Positions 31,100-45,300 of a DNA stretch of 64,000 nt are shown here, one piece after another. How positions within the stretch are numbered: position 1 is the first letter of the stretch; each line of letters starts with the position of its first letter. Below the pieces are notes generated by a model that had not been told where the DNA came from, made no database searches, and worked only from the letters and a program-made list of their open reading frames with translations. This DNA is from Macrostomum lignano. Its lineage: Eukaryota. Location: the NCBI GenBank assembly GCA_002269645.1, contig NIVC01001912.1, positions 158,535-222,534 on the forward strand. Direction: 5' to 3'. The position numbers were made by a program, and so were the translations under genes.

Positions 31100-31865
31100 T
31101 GTATCTCTACCTTGTCTGTCTTTATCATGTCTGTCTCTACTTGTCTGGCTCTATCATGTCTGTCTCTACCTTGTCTGTCTTTATCATGTCTGTCTTTACC
31201 TAGTCTATCTCGATCGGGATCGTGTCTATTTCTACCTGTCTGTCTCTACCTGTCTGTCTCTACCTGTCTGTCTCTACCTGTCTGTCTCTACCTTGTGTAT
31301 TTCTACCTGTCTGTCTCTACCTGTCTGTCTCTACCTTGTCTATTTCTACCTAGTCCATCTCTACCGTGTCTATTTCTACCTAGTCTATCTCTACCTGTCT
31401 ATCTCTACCTGTCTATCTCTACCTGTCTGTCTCTACCTGTCTGTCTCTACCTGTCTGTCTCTACCTGTCTGTCTCTACCTAGTCTATCTCTACCTAGTCC
31501 ATCTCTACCGTGTCCATCTCTACCTAGTCTATCTCTACCTAGTCTGTCTCTACCTAGTCTGTCTCTACCTAGTCTATCTCTACCTAGTCTGTCTCTACCT
31601 AGTCTGTCTCTACCTAGTCTATCTCTACCTTGTCTATCTCTACCTAGTCTATCTCTACCTTGTCTATCCCTACCTAGTCTATCTCTACCTTGTCTATCTC
31701 TACCTTGTCTATCTCTACCTAGTCTATCTCTACCTTGTCTATCTCTACCTAGTCTATCTCTACCTTGTCTATCTCTACCTTGTCTATCTCTACCTTGTCT
31801 ATCTCTACCTAGTCTATCTCTACCTAGTCTATCTCTACCTAGTCTATCTCTACCTAGTCTGTCTA
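31100..31865. repeat. 14/15-bp minisatellite (ctacctagtctatct / ctacctgtctgtct)
   Basis: Direct reading; source of the spurious YLVYL/SLPSL/DRLGR ORFs. Confidence 0.93.
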
Positions 31866-34800
31866 TAAATTGTCTGTCTGGCTCTTCTCTTTGTGCTTTT
31901 TGCTCTCTCTCTCTCTCTGACTGCATCTCTCTCTTAGCTCAGTGTTTGAGAACTTTCTGCTCTCACTGTGCCCTTACCCCGCTCTGTTTGTTTCTCTGTT
32001 TATCCCCAGCAACCTTATCTCAATCTCATTGTGGCTCCACTCGCAGCTTCACTCTCTCTCTTCATCCAGGTGAGCACTCTTCTGTTTCAGCGGCTCCTGC
32101 AGGCGCAGTGGCGCAAGATTAATTACCACACGGGGGCCAGGCTAGGCTCCGCTTGCGGAAGTGGGCGATGAATTTCACTTAGGCAAGCACCAGCTTTGCT
32201 CCGTGTAATAATGAAAATTGAGTCTTCGACTCACTTTGTGTGCGTGTGTTTTCCCTGTCCCTTAAAATCCCACTCTGAGTCCAGTTGAAGTTCCCGTGGG
32301 AGCACCCGGAGCAGCGAAGAGAGCTGTCCTCATCGTCAAAGCAGTCTCTGTCTCTCTCTCTCTTTCACTTATCTCTTCTTGTCAGCAGTCGCTGCAAAAG
32401 TGACAGCTTTCTCACTAGCTGCTGACAATCTGCTAAATTGTTTATTAATAATCATATTTTTTGAAGCAATCCAGGCCAAGTTGGCCTCAATATTCGCGTG
32501 ACTTGCCAATTTTTCAATCCAGCAGCAGCATCGCTCTTGAGAGCGCATTTCCCCAAATCCCCGAGCCAACCTCAGGCCTCTTAAACCTGGCACGGCAACA
32601 AGAGGTGTTCAGCGCAGGGCGCTACAAAACACGCTGGGAGGGGCGGTGGGGGGGGGGTAAACAGGTGAGAATTGGCGACGCCCCAGCATCCTCGGAGTCA
32701 AAAGGCTTCCACTTGAGCTTCTGCTTCCTGTCGCCCAGCCTCCCGCAACCAGCCTCATCCCTGCTCTCACGCGCAGCAGCTGACTCAAAGAGCCAAAAAG
32801 CAGCAATATATATCGCTGGCGCTGAAACTCCTTCAATCGAGCACTTCTGGCATTTTAGGCTGGATTTTTCTGTTTCTCTCGCTACTTTATTTTGCTTTGT
32901 TTGACGCGCATGCCACTAAAGAGCCATGGACTGCTGAAGCAGAAAATGAGCTGAGTTTTTGGTATCACGAGTGCGTTTAGTATGCTCTGAATAAGTCGAG
33001 CTTTTCTCCTGATTTCAACAAAAACTCGTTATTTTACCCTGAGGAGAATCTAAGGCAAAGTCTTAGTTAGGCCGGGTGTGTGCTGGTCTATTACTTTTTT
33101 ACCTCTTTTTTCTCGGTCGAGCCTGAGAGGTTGCTATGGCAACGGCAGGGCCCGACTTGTTGAGCTCTGATTCGGCAGAGCAAAAAATCACAATTCATTC
33201 TTGGCCCCGGGAGCAGAGGTTGGCAAACAGCAATAATGCTAGCATTTTTATCAGGCCCCTGTGTACTATAGGGGTGTGTAAGTATTTGTGCAAGCCTATT
33301 GCTTGTCTACCCCCTCCTTACTCGTGTTTGTGCTGCTGTGTGCTGTTGGCTGCCTTGTCGTGAGCAGGAATACAAATGCCTGGCTGAGGTAGGCGTGGAG
33401 CACTGCTGGGAGGGGCCGATAGAGAGGGAAGGTAAAACCGTGTCGCGACGGTTCCTCTCTACCTTGCCAACCGCAGAGCCTGCCAAGTGCTGTAAATTTG
33501 CATCTCAGCTTCAATGTTTTTCTGCAAGGGTTGTCGGTCAGTTTCGACGCAGCTCTCGCCAACTTTCCAATTGCAAGGGGAGGTGGGCCGGCGGCGGCTG
33601 TTTTCAGCCAAAACACTTCCAACTATTTGGGGTGGCGGACAGGAGAAAGTGGCCTGGAGGGGGGGGGCTATTTCTCCCAGAAATGATCGGCAGTGCATTT
33701 CCCAAAAGCACTCCGCAACCTTTTCAATGCCCAGCCGCTGAAACCCCCCCCCTTCGCTCAGCTGGCAACCAAACTTGAGCTGGCAATACTTTTCTCAATT
33801 CTTTTGACTTCATTCCGACAGTCCCCTTACTAGCTGTGTAGCGCTTCTCACCGCTTCACTGAGCTGCTCTCTCTCCGGGCTCGAGCTCTCTTGAGCACCC
33901 TTGAGAAGCTTCTGTTTCGGTCTCAAAGAGCAAGGATCCAAGGCTAAGTCCAAAGCCGGGAGTACCGTTCCAAAACAGGAGTCTCTGTAGTTCCGCCAGC
34001 GAGAGTCGAGTACTTGGATGTTTGCAATGGGTTCTAACTGTCTGTTGTGCCTTTTTTGACTACTCGCAATTCCCAAGACGAATTCTCATTAGCGACCTCC
34101 CGGGGAGGGGCCGTTGCTCAGCGGCAGATGTCAGCGCCTGTCAACTGAGGACGCGGAATGCATAACGGAACCCGACTGCAAACAGTAGCAGCGGGAGATA
34201 CCGGCTGATCTGAGCAAGAACGGAATCGGAGGGTTGCAGAAATCAGGGGGGGGTCCGAACAACTGTTGCCAAGCAGAGCAGGGCTGATAAGGCTGCAGCA
34301 AATCCTCTGCTTGCATCAGCCGGGCAAACAGGCCTCACAAACACACACAACACACGCATGCTTGCACTGGTTGCGCAGGCAAACCTACGCTACCTCTGTA
34401 GACATACGCGGGCATTTTTTTATTTCTTGGCAAAGCTTAACAAACCAGCCAACCCCCATCCCGTGACCTGACCTCCGCAAACGCGGGATCCCATCCGTGA
34501 AGATTACTCACGTCGCGTTATCAACCTTAGCCTACGCCTAACCACGGCTGCATTCCGTTTATTCAGTTCGGATAATAGACTTAGGGAGGGAAGAGGGTAG
34601 GGGGTCAGCTGGGACGGGACCTGGAATTCCCCTGCTCAAATCCTTGTTCAGACTGGAGCCAGGAATGAAATAATTTCCCTGCAAACCGAGTAAGCAGACT
34701 CAGCCTGCAGGACCTGAAAAGTTACTTCGTTATCCGGTGCTGGTCTCTGAGCTGCTAACTTATTCCCGAGTTGATTCTGTTTGATCCCCGCCAGCTTCTT

Positions 34801-35875
34801 GCGCCCAGAAACTTTATACTTTTCTTCGTCTCGGGTTTAGAGACTTTGAGTCCTGGGGGAGTGGGGTGGGTGGTGCTGGGGTTTGGGAGCTGCATGGTCT
34901 TGACTTTTTAGACTCTATTTTTCCCCGCGATTTAATCGCGCATAAATTTCCCCAACCACCCATCCCCACAACCCCCTTAGCCGACCCAAATTCCATTACT
35001 GGATACTCTGAAAGTCTTCCACCCAGAAGCCGTATTATTAAAGCCTTTGAATTCCCTGACAGAGAGAGTGAGAGAGTTGGGGGAAGGAGAGTAAGAGAGC
35101 TTGAGATTGGAGGCGGTGGAAGCGGCCCTTATTGTACCTACTCCACTGGATGGCTTCCTGCGGTGGCCCGAGATTTCCTAGCCTCATCTCCAGATTCAGG
35201 TGGGGACGCCAGTCACGCAGGCAGGTGACTCCTTCTCTGAGGCTTTCTGAGAACTCCGCCAGACACCCCAGCTTTCCCGTTTTGAGGTTAGAGAGGCCTA
35301 ACTCTTGCACACTGTTTGAGTTCAAGTGGGGCCCTGATGCACCCGTCTTTGCCCCTCCCACTCTTGTCTTGAGCGCATCATGCATTGTCTTGAGAGCATG
35401 CTCAACGGGCCTCAAGTTTTCCGGCCTATCTATCTATCTGTCTTCCCAATCTCAGCGCCGCTCGCCCAGGGCGTCCGAAAATTGCCTGCTCGAGAAATAT
35501 GGAAGCGAGCAATCATAAAGCGGGTTCGATCGCAGCACCAGTGTCTGCAACATCGAATCCGCTACCCCCCCGCAGCCCCCGCAATTCGCCTCTCATTGAT
35601 GAGGCTGGCCTTAGAGCAATTTTTATAGCCCCCACCGGGGTCGGCAGTTTAGCCGGCAATCCGGCTATCTGATCCGGGGCATCTCTATCAATTCCTCCTC
35701 CCTATTAAGACCCGGCCTGAACCCTCCAGCCGCGGTGAAGTGTGACCGAGAGAGAGAAGCAACAGGCGGGGGGGGGGTTGCGTGTCCATCCGCTTGCTGC
35801 AGCATCATATTTAAACCGCAAGCCGCCGCCCACTCAAGCATCAGCCTCTCCGCTTCCCCATCGCAGCAGCTCGCG

Positions 35876-36300
35876 ATGAGCCCCCTGCACCTGTTGCTCC
35901 GGCTGGCCGCGGCCGCGGCGCTCATCCTGAGCCTCCTGGCCGAGGAGGTGGCCTTCCGCATCGAGGAGGAGACCGACCTGAAGGCCACCGTCGGCAACGT
36001 TTGGACCGGGCTGGGGCGCCAGCCTCCCGCGCCGGAGTTCCGCATCATTCCAGCCTCCCGGTTCTTCTCCATCGATCGGGACGGCTACGTGCGCATCGAG
36101 AGTCGCATCGACCGGGAAGACCCGGCCACCTGTCCGGACGCGTCCGAGACTGGCAGTGATTGCGTCATCGAGTTCAACGCCTTCAACGGCACCACGCGGA
36201 TTGTCGTCAAGGTTACCATCTTGGACATCAACGACAATTCACCGACGTTTAAATCGCCCGTGAAAGAGATCTTTATTGAGGAGGGCGATCAGCGCTTCAG
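35876..36300 (+). CDS. Protocadherin exon 1 (signal peptide, EC1)
   Basis: MSPLHLLLRL...IDREDPATC...ILDINDNSPTF; donor TTCAG|gtgag. Confidence 0.93.
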
Positions 36301-39300
36301 GTGAGATTTCCGTCCCACACTCTGTGCCATCCCACACTCTGTGCCATCCCACACTCTGTGCCATCCCACACTCTGTGCCATCCCACACTCTGTGCCATCC
36401 CACACTCTGTGCCATCCCACACTCTGTGCCATCCCACACTCTGTGCCATCCCACACTCTGTGCCATCCCACACTCTGTGCTGTTCCACACTCTACCATCA
36501 CACACATCAACCTATCCCACACTCCAGTCTATCCCACACTCCAGTCTATCCCACACTCCAGTCTATCCCACACTCCAGTCTATCCCACACTCCAGTCTAT
36601 CCCACACTCCAGTCTATCCCACACTCCAGTCTATCCCACACTCCAGTCTATCCCACACTCCAGTCTATCCCACACTCCAGTCTATCCCACACTCCAGTCT
36701 ATCCCACACTCCAGTCTATCCCACACTCCAGTCTATCCCACACTCCAGTCTATCCCACACTCCAGTCTATCCCACACTCCAGTCTATCCCACACTCCAGT
36801 CTATCCCACACTCCAGTCTATCCCACACTCCAGTCTATCCCACACTCCAGTCTATCCCACACTCCAGTCTATCCCACACTCCAGTCTATCCCACACTCCA
36901 GTCTATCCCACACTCCAGTCTATCCCACACTCCAGTCTATCCCACACTCCAGTCTATCCCACACTCCAGTCTATCCCACACTCCAGTCTATCCCACACTC
37001 CAGTCTATCCCACACTCCAGTCTATCCCACACTCCAGTCTATCCCACACTCCAGTCTATCCCTCACTTCAACTGCAGCCACCCGCTGGACCTCGCCACCG
37101 ATGCCGACATCGGCGACAACGGCATGATGACTCGAGGCCACTACTTTTTGAAGGAGGACGAGGGCACCTTCGCTCTGTACCGCAGCCAGCGTGACCTGCT
37201 CAGCCTGGGGCTCAAAGGCTCCCCGATCATCGACTATGAGCAGGAGCAGCAGTACAACCTCACCCTCACCGCCTGCGACGGCGGCAGGGAGCAGCGCTGC
37301 TCCAGCCAGCTGCTGCTGGTTCGAGTCCGGGACCGCAACGACAACCAGCCGAACGTGACGAGCATCTGGAACCCGGACGTGAACGAATCAACACCCATCG
37401 GCGGCCTGGTCGCCAGGATCTACGCGCACGACCGGGACAGCGGCGAGAACGGCCGGCTGAGCTTCACCGTCACCGACAGCCGCGCCGCGGCAGCCTTCGC
37501 CATCGACCCGGAGGGCCGCGTCACGCTTCGCAAACGGTTGAACGCTCGGACCAAGTCGGAGTACGACATCCCGGTGCTCGTGTCCGACGGCGGGGTGCCG
37601 CAGCGGCAGGTGACCATCAAGTTCCGCCTGCGGGTGATTGACGTCAACGACCACGAGCCGAAGATTACCGTGACGCCCATGCCCGGGGGCGGCGGGGCGG
37701 GGGACTCGACCGTCAGGATTGCGGAGAACAGCCGGATTGACCAGACTCTGGCCTTCATCCAGGTGAGTGCTGGGATCGGAGATGACCGAGACCAAAATTC
37801 CATTTATCCTAAAATCATTTCATGATCCCACACCCGAACTATAGTGCCACATGGTCCCACACCTACTTAATGACCCCACACCTACTTAGTGATCCCACAT
37901 CTACTTAGTGACCCCACACCTACTTAGAGACCCCACACAGTACCTAATAATCCCACACCCTAAGAATACCACGCCTATTAATAATCCCAAACCTACCGTA
38001 CTTAATTGATTGGTAGTGTTCCCAAAACTATCTGAAAAGTGCAAAAAACCTACGCAAGCTTGTGTAACCTATCCGAACTTTCAGGTAACAGATGGAGACC
38101 TAGGCGAGAACACCCGAGTCACCTGTTCCCTGGCCCCCGGCAACCGAGGCGGCGCCAACTTCCGGCTCAAGGAGTCCTCAAACAGCGACTATTTTCTGCA
38201 GAACAGTCGCCAGTTCGACTTCGAGAGCACGCCCGAGCTGGTCGCCGAGATCCGGTGTCACGACGGCGGCCGCCCGCCGCTGAAGGCTAGCGAGGTGGTT
38301 CGAGTCCAGGTGGTCGGTAGGAACGAATTCCAGCCGAGCATCCAGCTGTCGGAGAAGGGCTCCTACAAGACCATTGAGGAGACGCATCCTGGCGGCGGGG
38401 TTCAAATTGGCAACCCACTGCTCACGGTGACGGCTCAGGACAAGGACAGGGGGGACAGGCTGACCTTCGGCTTGGATGGGTCGCATTCCAGGTGAGAGAG
38501 AAAGAGCGAGCGATTTTACATCCTAGAAGTTTTACATCCTAGAAGTTTTACATGTTTTCTAGACGTTTCTAGAAGTTTTACATCCTAGAAGTTTTGCATG
38601 TTTTCTAGAAGTTTCTAGAAGTTTTACATCCTAGAAGTTTTACATGTTTTCTAGAAGTTTCTAGAAGTTTTACATCCTAGAAGTTTTACATGTTTTCTAG
38701 AAGTTTCTAGAAGTTTTACATCCTAGAAGTTTTACATCCTAGAAGTTTTGCATGTTTTCTAGAAGTTTCTAGAAGTTTTACATCCTAGAATTTTTACATG
38801 TTTTCTAGAAGTTTCTAGAAGTTTTACATCCTAGAAGTTTTACATCCTAGAAGTTTCACATCCTAGAAGTTTTAGATCCTAGAAGTTTTAGATCCTAGAA
38901 GTTTTACATCCTAGAAGTTTCACATCCTAGAAGTTTTACATCCTAGAAGTTTTAGATCCTAGAAGTTTTACATCCTAGAAGTTTCACATCCTAGAAGTTT
39001 TACATCCTAGAAGTTTTGCATCCTAGAAGTTTTACATCCTAGAAGTTTTACATCCTAGAAGTTTTACATCCTAGAAGTTTTGCATCCTAGAAGTTTTACA
39101 TCCTAGAAGTTTTACATCCTAGAAGTTTCACATCCTAGAAGTTTTACATCCTAGAAGTTTTACATCCTAGAAGTTTTACATCCTAGAAGTTTTACATCCT
39201 AGAAGTTTTACATCCTAGAAGTTTACATCCTAGAATTTTTACATCCTAGAAGTTCCATAATTTTTAAATCGTGGAATTTTCCATGATTATTTTCATCAAA

Positions 39301-42300
39301 CTTTCATCCAGGCATTGAGTCCTACCCATCCAGTACTGACCCATGTCTCTAACTGCCCCCATCCCCCGCCACGCAGATTCTTCGTCATCTCAGACAACAC
39401 TACGAGCTACTCTGAGGAGCTGGGCGCCACCACCGCCACAGCCGTCATCCGCGTGGCCACCACCATCGATCGGGACACGCTGAACGCGCCTGGAGATCTG
39501 CTGCACTTCACCGTGACCGTGGCCGACACTGAGGACTCTGCGGGCTCGCGTCACAGCGCCTCCACCACCGTCACAGTCAGCGTCATCGACGCCAATGACA
39601 ACGCGCCGCGGATTCAACCACCGCTGCTGTTCCAGCTGAAGGAAAGCGAGAAGGCCGGCGCGTTGGCCACCTCTGTGCACCCGCGCGGCGCCGCCAAGAT
39701 CGCCTTCGACGATGCCGACCAAGGCATCAACGCGCGGGTGGCCTTCCGCCTGCTGGCTCTCTCCGGCCGCAACGGCACCGGCCAGCGAGTGGCCTTCCCG
39801 CTGCCCGGCCGCCCCAGTCGCTGGCCGCTGAATGTCACGGAGGACGGGCAGATCCGCGCCACTGAATCGCTGGATCGGGAAGAATTCTACGAGTACCAGC
39901 TGACCGTGGCCATTGTGAACCACGTGGCCAGCCCGCAGTTGAGCTCGGTGGCCGAGCTCATCGTCCAAGTGCTGGACGTCAATGACAACTCGCCGGAGTT
40001 CGTGTTCCCGCCGCGCCGCGGTGCCAGCATCAGCATCAGCGCCGGACATCGGCTCGGCGACGAGGTCACCCGGATTGAGGCTCGAGACCGCGACGAGTTC
40101 AGCAACATCACCTACACCCTGGTTGGCGGCTCCGGTAGCGCCTTCTTTGAGCTCGATCGCTTCAGCGGACAGGTGAGACTCTGCGTGCTCTCGGGTCAGG
40201 TTTCCGGTGTGATTTGATGAGGGTTTCCAGTGGGATTAGGTTCTGATTTCCGGTGTTATTAGGTGCGGGTTTCCGGTGTGATTAGGTGTGGGTTTCCGGT
40301 GTGATTAGGAGCGGGTTTTCAGTGTGATTAGATGCGGGTTTCCGGTGTTATTAGGTGCGGGTTTCCGGTGTGATTAGGTTCGGGTTTCCGGTGTTATTAG
40401 GTGCGGGTTTCCGGTGTGATTAGGTTCGGGTTTCCGGTGTTATTAGATGCGGGTTTCCGGTGTGATTAGGTGCGGGTTTCCGGTGTGATTAGGTGCGGAT
40501 TTCCGGTGTGATTAGATGCGGGTTTCCGGTGTGACTAGGTGCGGATTTCCGGTGTGATTAAGGGCTAGTTTTCAGCTGAACTAAGAAGGGTTTGCGGTGT
40601 GACCCCACGACCAATTCACAAGAAACAATCAATGCACTCTCTGCTCCTCCGGCCGCCAACAACCGCAGGTGCGACTGGTGCACGAGCTGAGTCCAGGCCA
40701 GCACGAGCTGGTCATCCGCGCCGACGACAATGTCGAGTACAGCCGGTCCGTCCAGACCAGCTTGTTCATCAACGTCACCCACTACGGCGGCCTTGGCATC
40801 GGGCAGCTCAAAGACGTGCACGTGAACCTGTCAATCATTGTCGGCATGATCATCGTGACTGGCGTCGTCAGCGTCGGCCTCGTCTCCGCCATCGTCTGCG
40901 TCCGTCGCCGCTCCCAGAGCCGCGGCAGCGGCAGCGGCAGCAGCGGCGGTGGCGGACATCACGGCGGCTGCGGCGGCTCCCTGAGTTCGAGTCCGGAGTG
41001 CGACAAAGACCACTGCCAGTGCCGCGCCTCGCTGCCCGATCCCGACGCCGCCGACCCGCTGTACCTCGGGCACCACCACCAGCACCACCTGGGTGCCTCC
41101 CCTGGCACCGGGAAGCGGCCTGAGCGGCAGTTTCCGCTGACTACTTTCAGCCACAATGGCAGCGCCTTCGACCTGCAGCCCATGCCCGTGATGGAGCACC
41201 AGCAGCAGCCGCAGCATCCGCAGCCACATGTGCCTCGAAATGAGGTGAGTAGTAGCTACTAAAGGGGAAATATTCGTTGCATTGACCTCGAACAAATGGC
41301 TTGCATCGCAACTTTCGACACTGTCCTACTCAGCTGTACTCTATTCTACTCTACTCTACTCCACTCTACTCTACTCTACTCCACTCTACTCCACTCTACT
41401 CTACTCTACTATACTCTACTCTACACTACCCACTCTACTCTGCTCTACTCTGCTCTACTCTGCTCTACTCTGCTCTACTCACTCCTCTACTCTACTCCAC
41501 TGTATTCTACTCCACTCACTCTACTCTACTCTACTGTGTTCTACTATACTCTACTCTACTGTACTCTACTCTACTCTACTCTACTCTACTCTACTCTACT
41601 CTACTCTACTCTACTCTACTCTACTCTACTGTGTTCTACTATACTCTACTCTACTGTACTCTACTCTACTCTACTCTACTCTACTCTAATCTACTCTACT
41701 CACTCTACTTTCTTCTACTCTACTCTACTCTAATCTACTCTACTCACTCTACTTTCTTCTACTCTTACTCTACTCCACTCACTCTACTCTACTCTACTGT
41801 GTTCTACTATACTCTACTCTACTGTACTCTACTCTACTCTACTCTACTCTACTCTACTCTACTCTACTCTACTCTACTCTACTCTACTTTACTCTACTCT
41901 ACTCTACTCTACTCTACTCTACTCTACTCTACTCTACTCTACTCTACTCTACTCTACTCTACTCTACTCTACTCTACTCTACTCTACTCTAATCTACTCT
42001 ACTCACTCTACTTTCTTCTACTCTACTCTACTCTAATCTACTCTACTCACTCTACTTTCTTCTACTCTTACTCTACTCTACTCACTCCTCTACTCTACTC
42101 CACTGTATTCTACTCCACTCACTCTACTCTACTCTACTGTGTTCTACTCTACTCTACTCTACTCTACTCTACTCTACTCTACTCTACTCTACTCTACTCT
42201 ACTCTACTCACTCTACCCTACTCTACTCTACGCTACTCTGCAACAGTAAAGTGAATATGCTTTCCTTACCATCCCCGCCTAATGCCCCATCTCACTGGCA

Positions 42301-45300
42301 GGCTCCAGTGTGGCAGACTCGGCGACACATTTTAGTTTCCGTCTGAATCAGCCAGTCTGAGCAGACGGCTCAGGGGCCAGAGTGAGAGAGAGAGAGAGAG
42401 TGAAGGAAGAATGAACTATAGGAACTCAACCGATTATTAAGAGAGAGCGGAAGCCCGCCTTGGACAATTTGTGTACGAACTCTTGTCTACTAGTATCTGT
42501 ACCGCGTCAATCTAGCCAAGATAATGCAGGCACACTTTCACGCGCACTAATTTCAATATAGCCCAGTGCTGCACTATATGTATTTGTCAATCACCGATTT
42601 TTGAATAGGCAAAGTTGATGACTTGGTCAGCTGGTGTCACTCAGGCTTTAACAGCACACAATTCCTGCACTAAAAAGTGCGATGCTTTTGTGATCCCCAA
42701 TATTATAATGCGAGTGTTGTTGGGTGACTTCGTTGCCTTCGGCTGCGTGCGGTGGGTAGAGGATTAGATATGAAGAGAAGCACGCTGAGATATGAAGAGA
42801 GTGATGCTGAGATATGAAGAGAGTGATGCTGAGATATGAAGAGAGTGATGCTGAGATATGAAGAGAGTGATGCTGAGATATGAAGAGAGTGCTGCTGAGA
42901 TATAAAGAGAGGTGATGGTGAGATATGAAGGGAGGGACGCTGAGATATGAAGAGAGTGATGCTGAGATATGAAGAGAGGCACGATGAGATATGAAGAGAG
43001 TGATGCTGAGATATGAAGAGAGTGATGCTGAGATATGAAGAGAGTGATGCTGAGATATGAAGAGAGAGACACTGAGATAAGAAGAAGGGGACACAGAGAT
43101 ATGAAGCGAGGGACGCTGAGATATAAAGAAAGGGCCACGGAGCTATGAATAGAGAGACATAGAGATATGAAGAGAGGTACACAGGGATATGGCGAAAGAG
43201 ACAGATATAAAGAGAGGGACGCTGAGATATGAATAGAGAGACATAGAGATATGAAGAGAGGTACACAGGGATATGGCGAAAGAGACAGATATGAAGAGAG
43301 GGACGCTGAGATATGAATAGAGAGACATAGAGATATGAAGAGAGGTACACAGATATGGAGAAAGAGACAGATATGAAGAGAGGGACGCTGAGATATGAAT
43401 AGAGAGACATAGAGATATGAAGAGAGGTACACAGGGATATGGAGAAAGAGACAGATATGAAGAGAGAGACGCTGAGATATGAAGAGAATGACAAAAGGAC
43501 GAAGACATCAATTGAAACTAGGACCAAAAACTCAAATAGATTAAAGGGAATCTGATCTGCTGCATTTTGTATCTCATGACAGCTACTACTAATACTCGTA
43601 GCGGGCGACCACTCAGACCTGGCATTCTCTGACTGACAGAGTCGGTGTGAGATACGCAGAAATTGCAGTCTTCTGCTGCGAATGAGTAATGCTTTCTGGA
43701 AGGTGTTCGCAAATCTACCTTCAGCTGGGCTTTGAGTACCCACTCCTTTACCTGAAGAGCCTCTCTCTCTCTCTCAGCTCCCACCTAGTCAAGCTAAAGT
43801 CCCTATTTTGCCTTTGTCTCTACACGGACCCCTGTCCCAGTTTTCTGTCTGCCCCCCCCCCTGCTTCCCCTAATAATAATTTCCGACTCAGGTGGATAGC
43901 AAACGTCTCTGGGAAATCGAAAGTGCTCGATACAATGCTCTGGCTACAATGCTTGTTGCTGTTTGTCCATTTCAACTTCTCTCTCTAAACACAGAGCTTG
44001 ATTAAAGATAGGGATAAATAGATGGCATTTGCCACAAACATGGGTGAAGCTACATTTGAATTTGAAATGGCTCATTTTTCAACGGACAGGTCAATTCAGT
44101 TGAAGCGCTCCCATCGATCAGAGGCCCCCCATATGGGATTTCCTTGAAACTGACAAATTTTTCACATTCATTCTGCTGGTTTCCGGACAGCCAAGCTGGA
44201 AGGAAGATTGAGATTAAGTTTGCGTTTTGATTGACGCCGCCTGGGGGGGGCATTGATCTTGAAACATTGAAATCTGCATCTTATTGCACTGGAATCTGGG
44301 GTCACATTTTGTTCTTTCTTCTTTGCCAGAGTAACCGATTAACAGTTTCCTCTCTCGATGCAGCCGCGCCTCATTATCTCTTAGCGGGCCTCCGGATCCC
44401 CGACCCCGAGGGGGCGATAATGAGGCGACAGGAAGTTTCTGCTTTCGCAATAATGCGTGCTTGTCTTCCAGTTTGGCAAATAGGAGGGGGTGCGCTTAAG
44501 GGCATCTGGTTGAAGCTGAGAGACACCATAACCGATTAGCAAATCAATCAAGATCCCAAATCTATGAGCAGTCTTCCTAGACTTTCCCCAGAGCTGGAGA
44601 TTGATCAGAAGATGAGAGGCAGTGCAAATTAGCACTTTCTCTTGCTATAAACTTTTGCTCTGAACAAAATGATAAAAGGCGAGATTTTGTAGACTTGGGG
44701 CCCGGTGCAACAGTAGACAGTGGGGAATTGGGATGAGACTAGCGACCCCCCCCCCAGGGCCGGAGCAATTTCACACCTTAGCTACCTCTCGTTGCGCCCA
44801 GTAGCGACTGGAATGATGAAATTCGAACGCTGTTTTTTTTCCCAATTGAAATCCCCAGGGATCTAAAAGCGAGAGAGAGAAAAAAAGAAAACGGAATCTT
44901 CAGGTACTGGCGGGGTCGGGCAGCCTCTGAGCTGCTCCCGGTCGGCTCTCTTATCTTTCTTCGCTCTGCAGCAGCGTGGGCCCGATTGCGTAACACGACA
45001 CGGCATCAATCAGACCGAGGGGATGCGCGAGTGTCGGGAATCTCCCCCCCCCACAGGATGACCTGGGATTTCCATAGTCAGCTTCTTCTTTATTATTCCT
45101 CATCTGCATTTTCATGCGCAGCAGCTCAGGCAGATCTGCCCCCCGCCCTCCGGGCAGCTGAGCGGCCTCAATCTTCGTCGCCATCCATCTGTATGAGCGA
45201 CTTAATAGACACCGAAGATGATGACCTACTCCATTCTGAGAGAGAGAAATTAATGCTCGGATGCTGATAAAACTGAATGATGCCTGCAGTTTGTCGCACC

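Noticed and set aside
36276-37077. Long plus-strand ORFs apparently fused to cadherin sequence (e.g. 36341-37825)
   Set aside because: The 5' part is the intron 1 minisatellite; real coding resumes at the acceptor at 37078.
37388-41295. Minus-strand ORFs overlapping protocadherin exons
   Set aside because: Antisense shadows of GC3-rich coding sequence.
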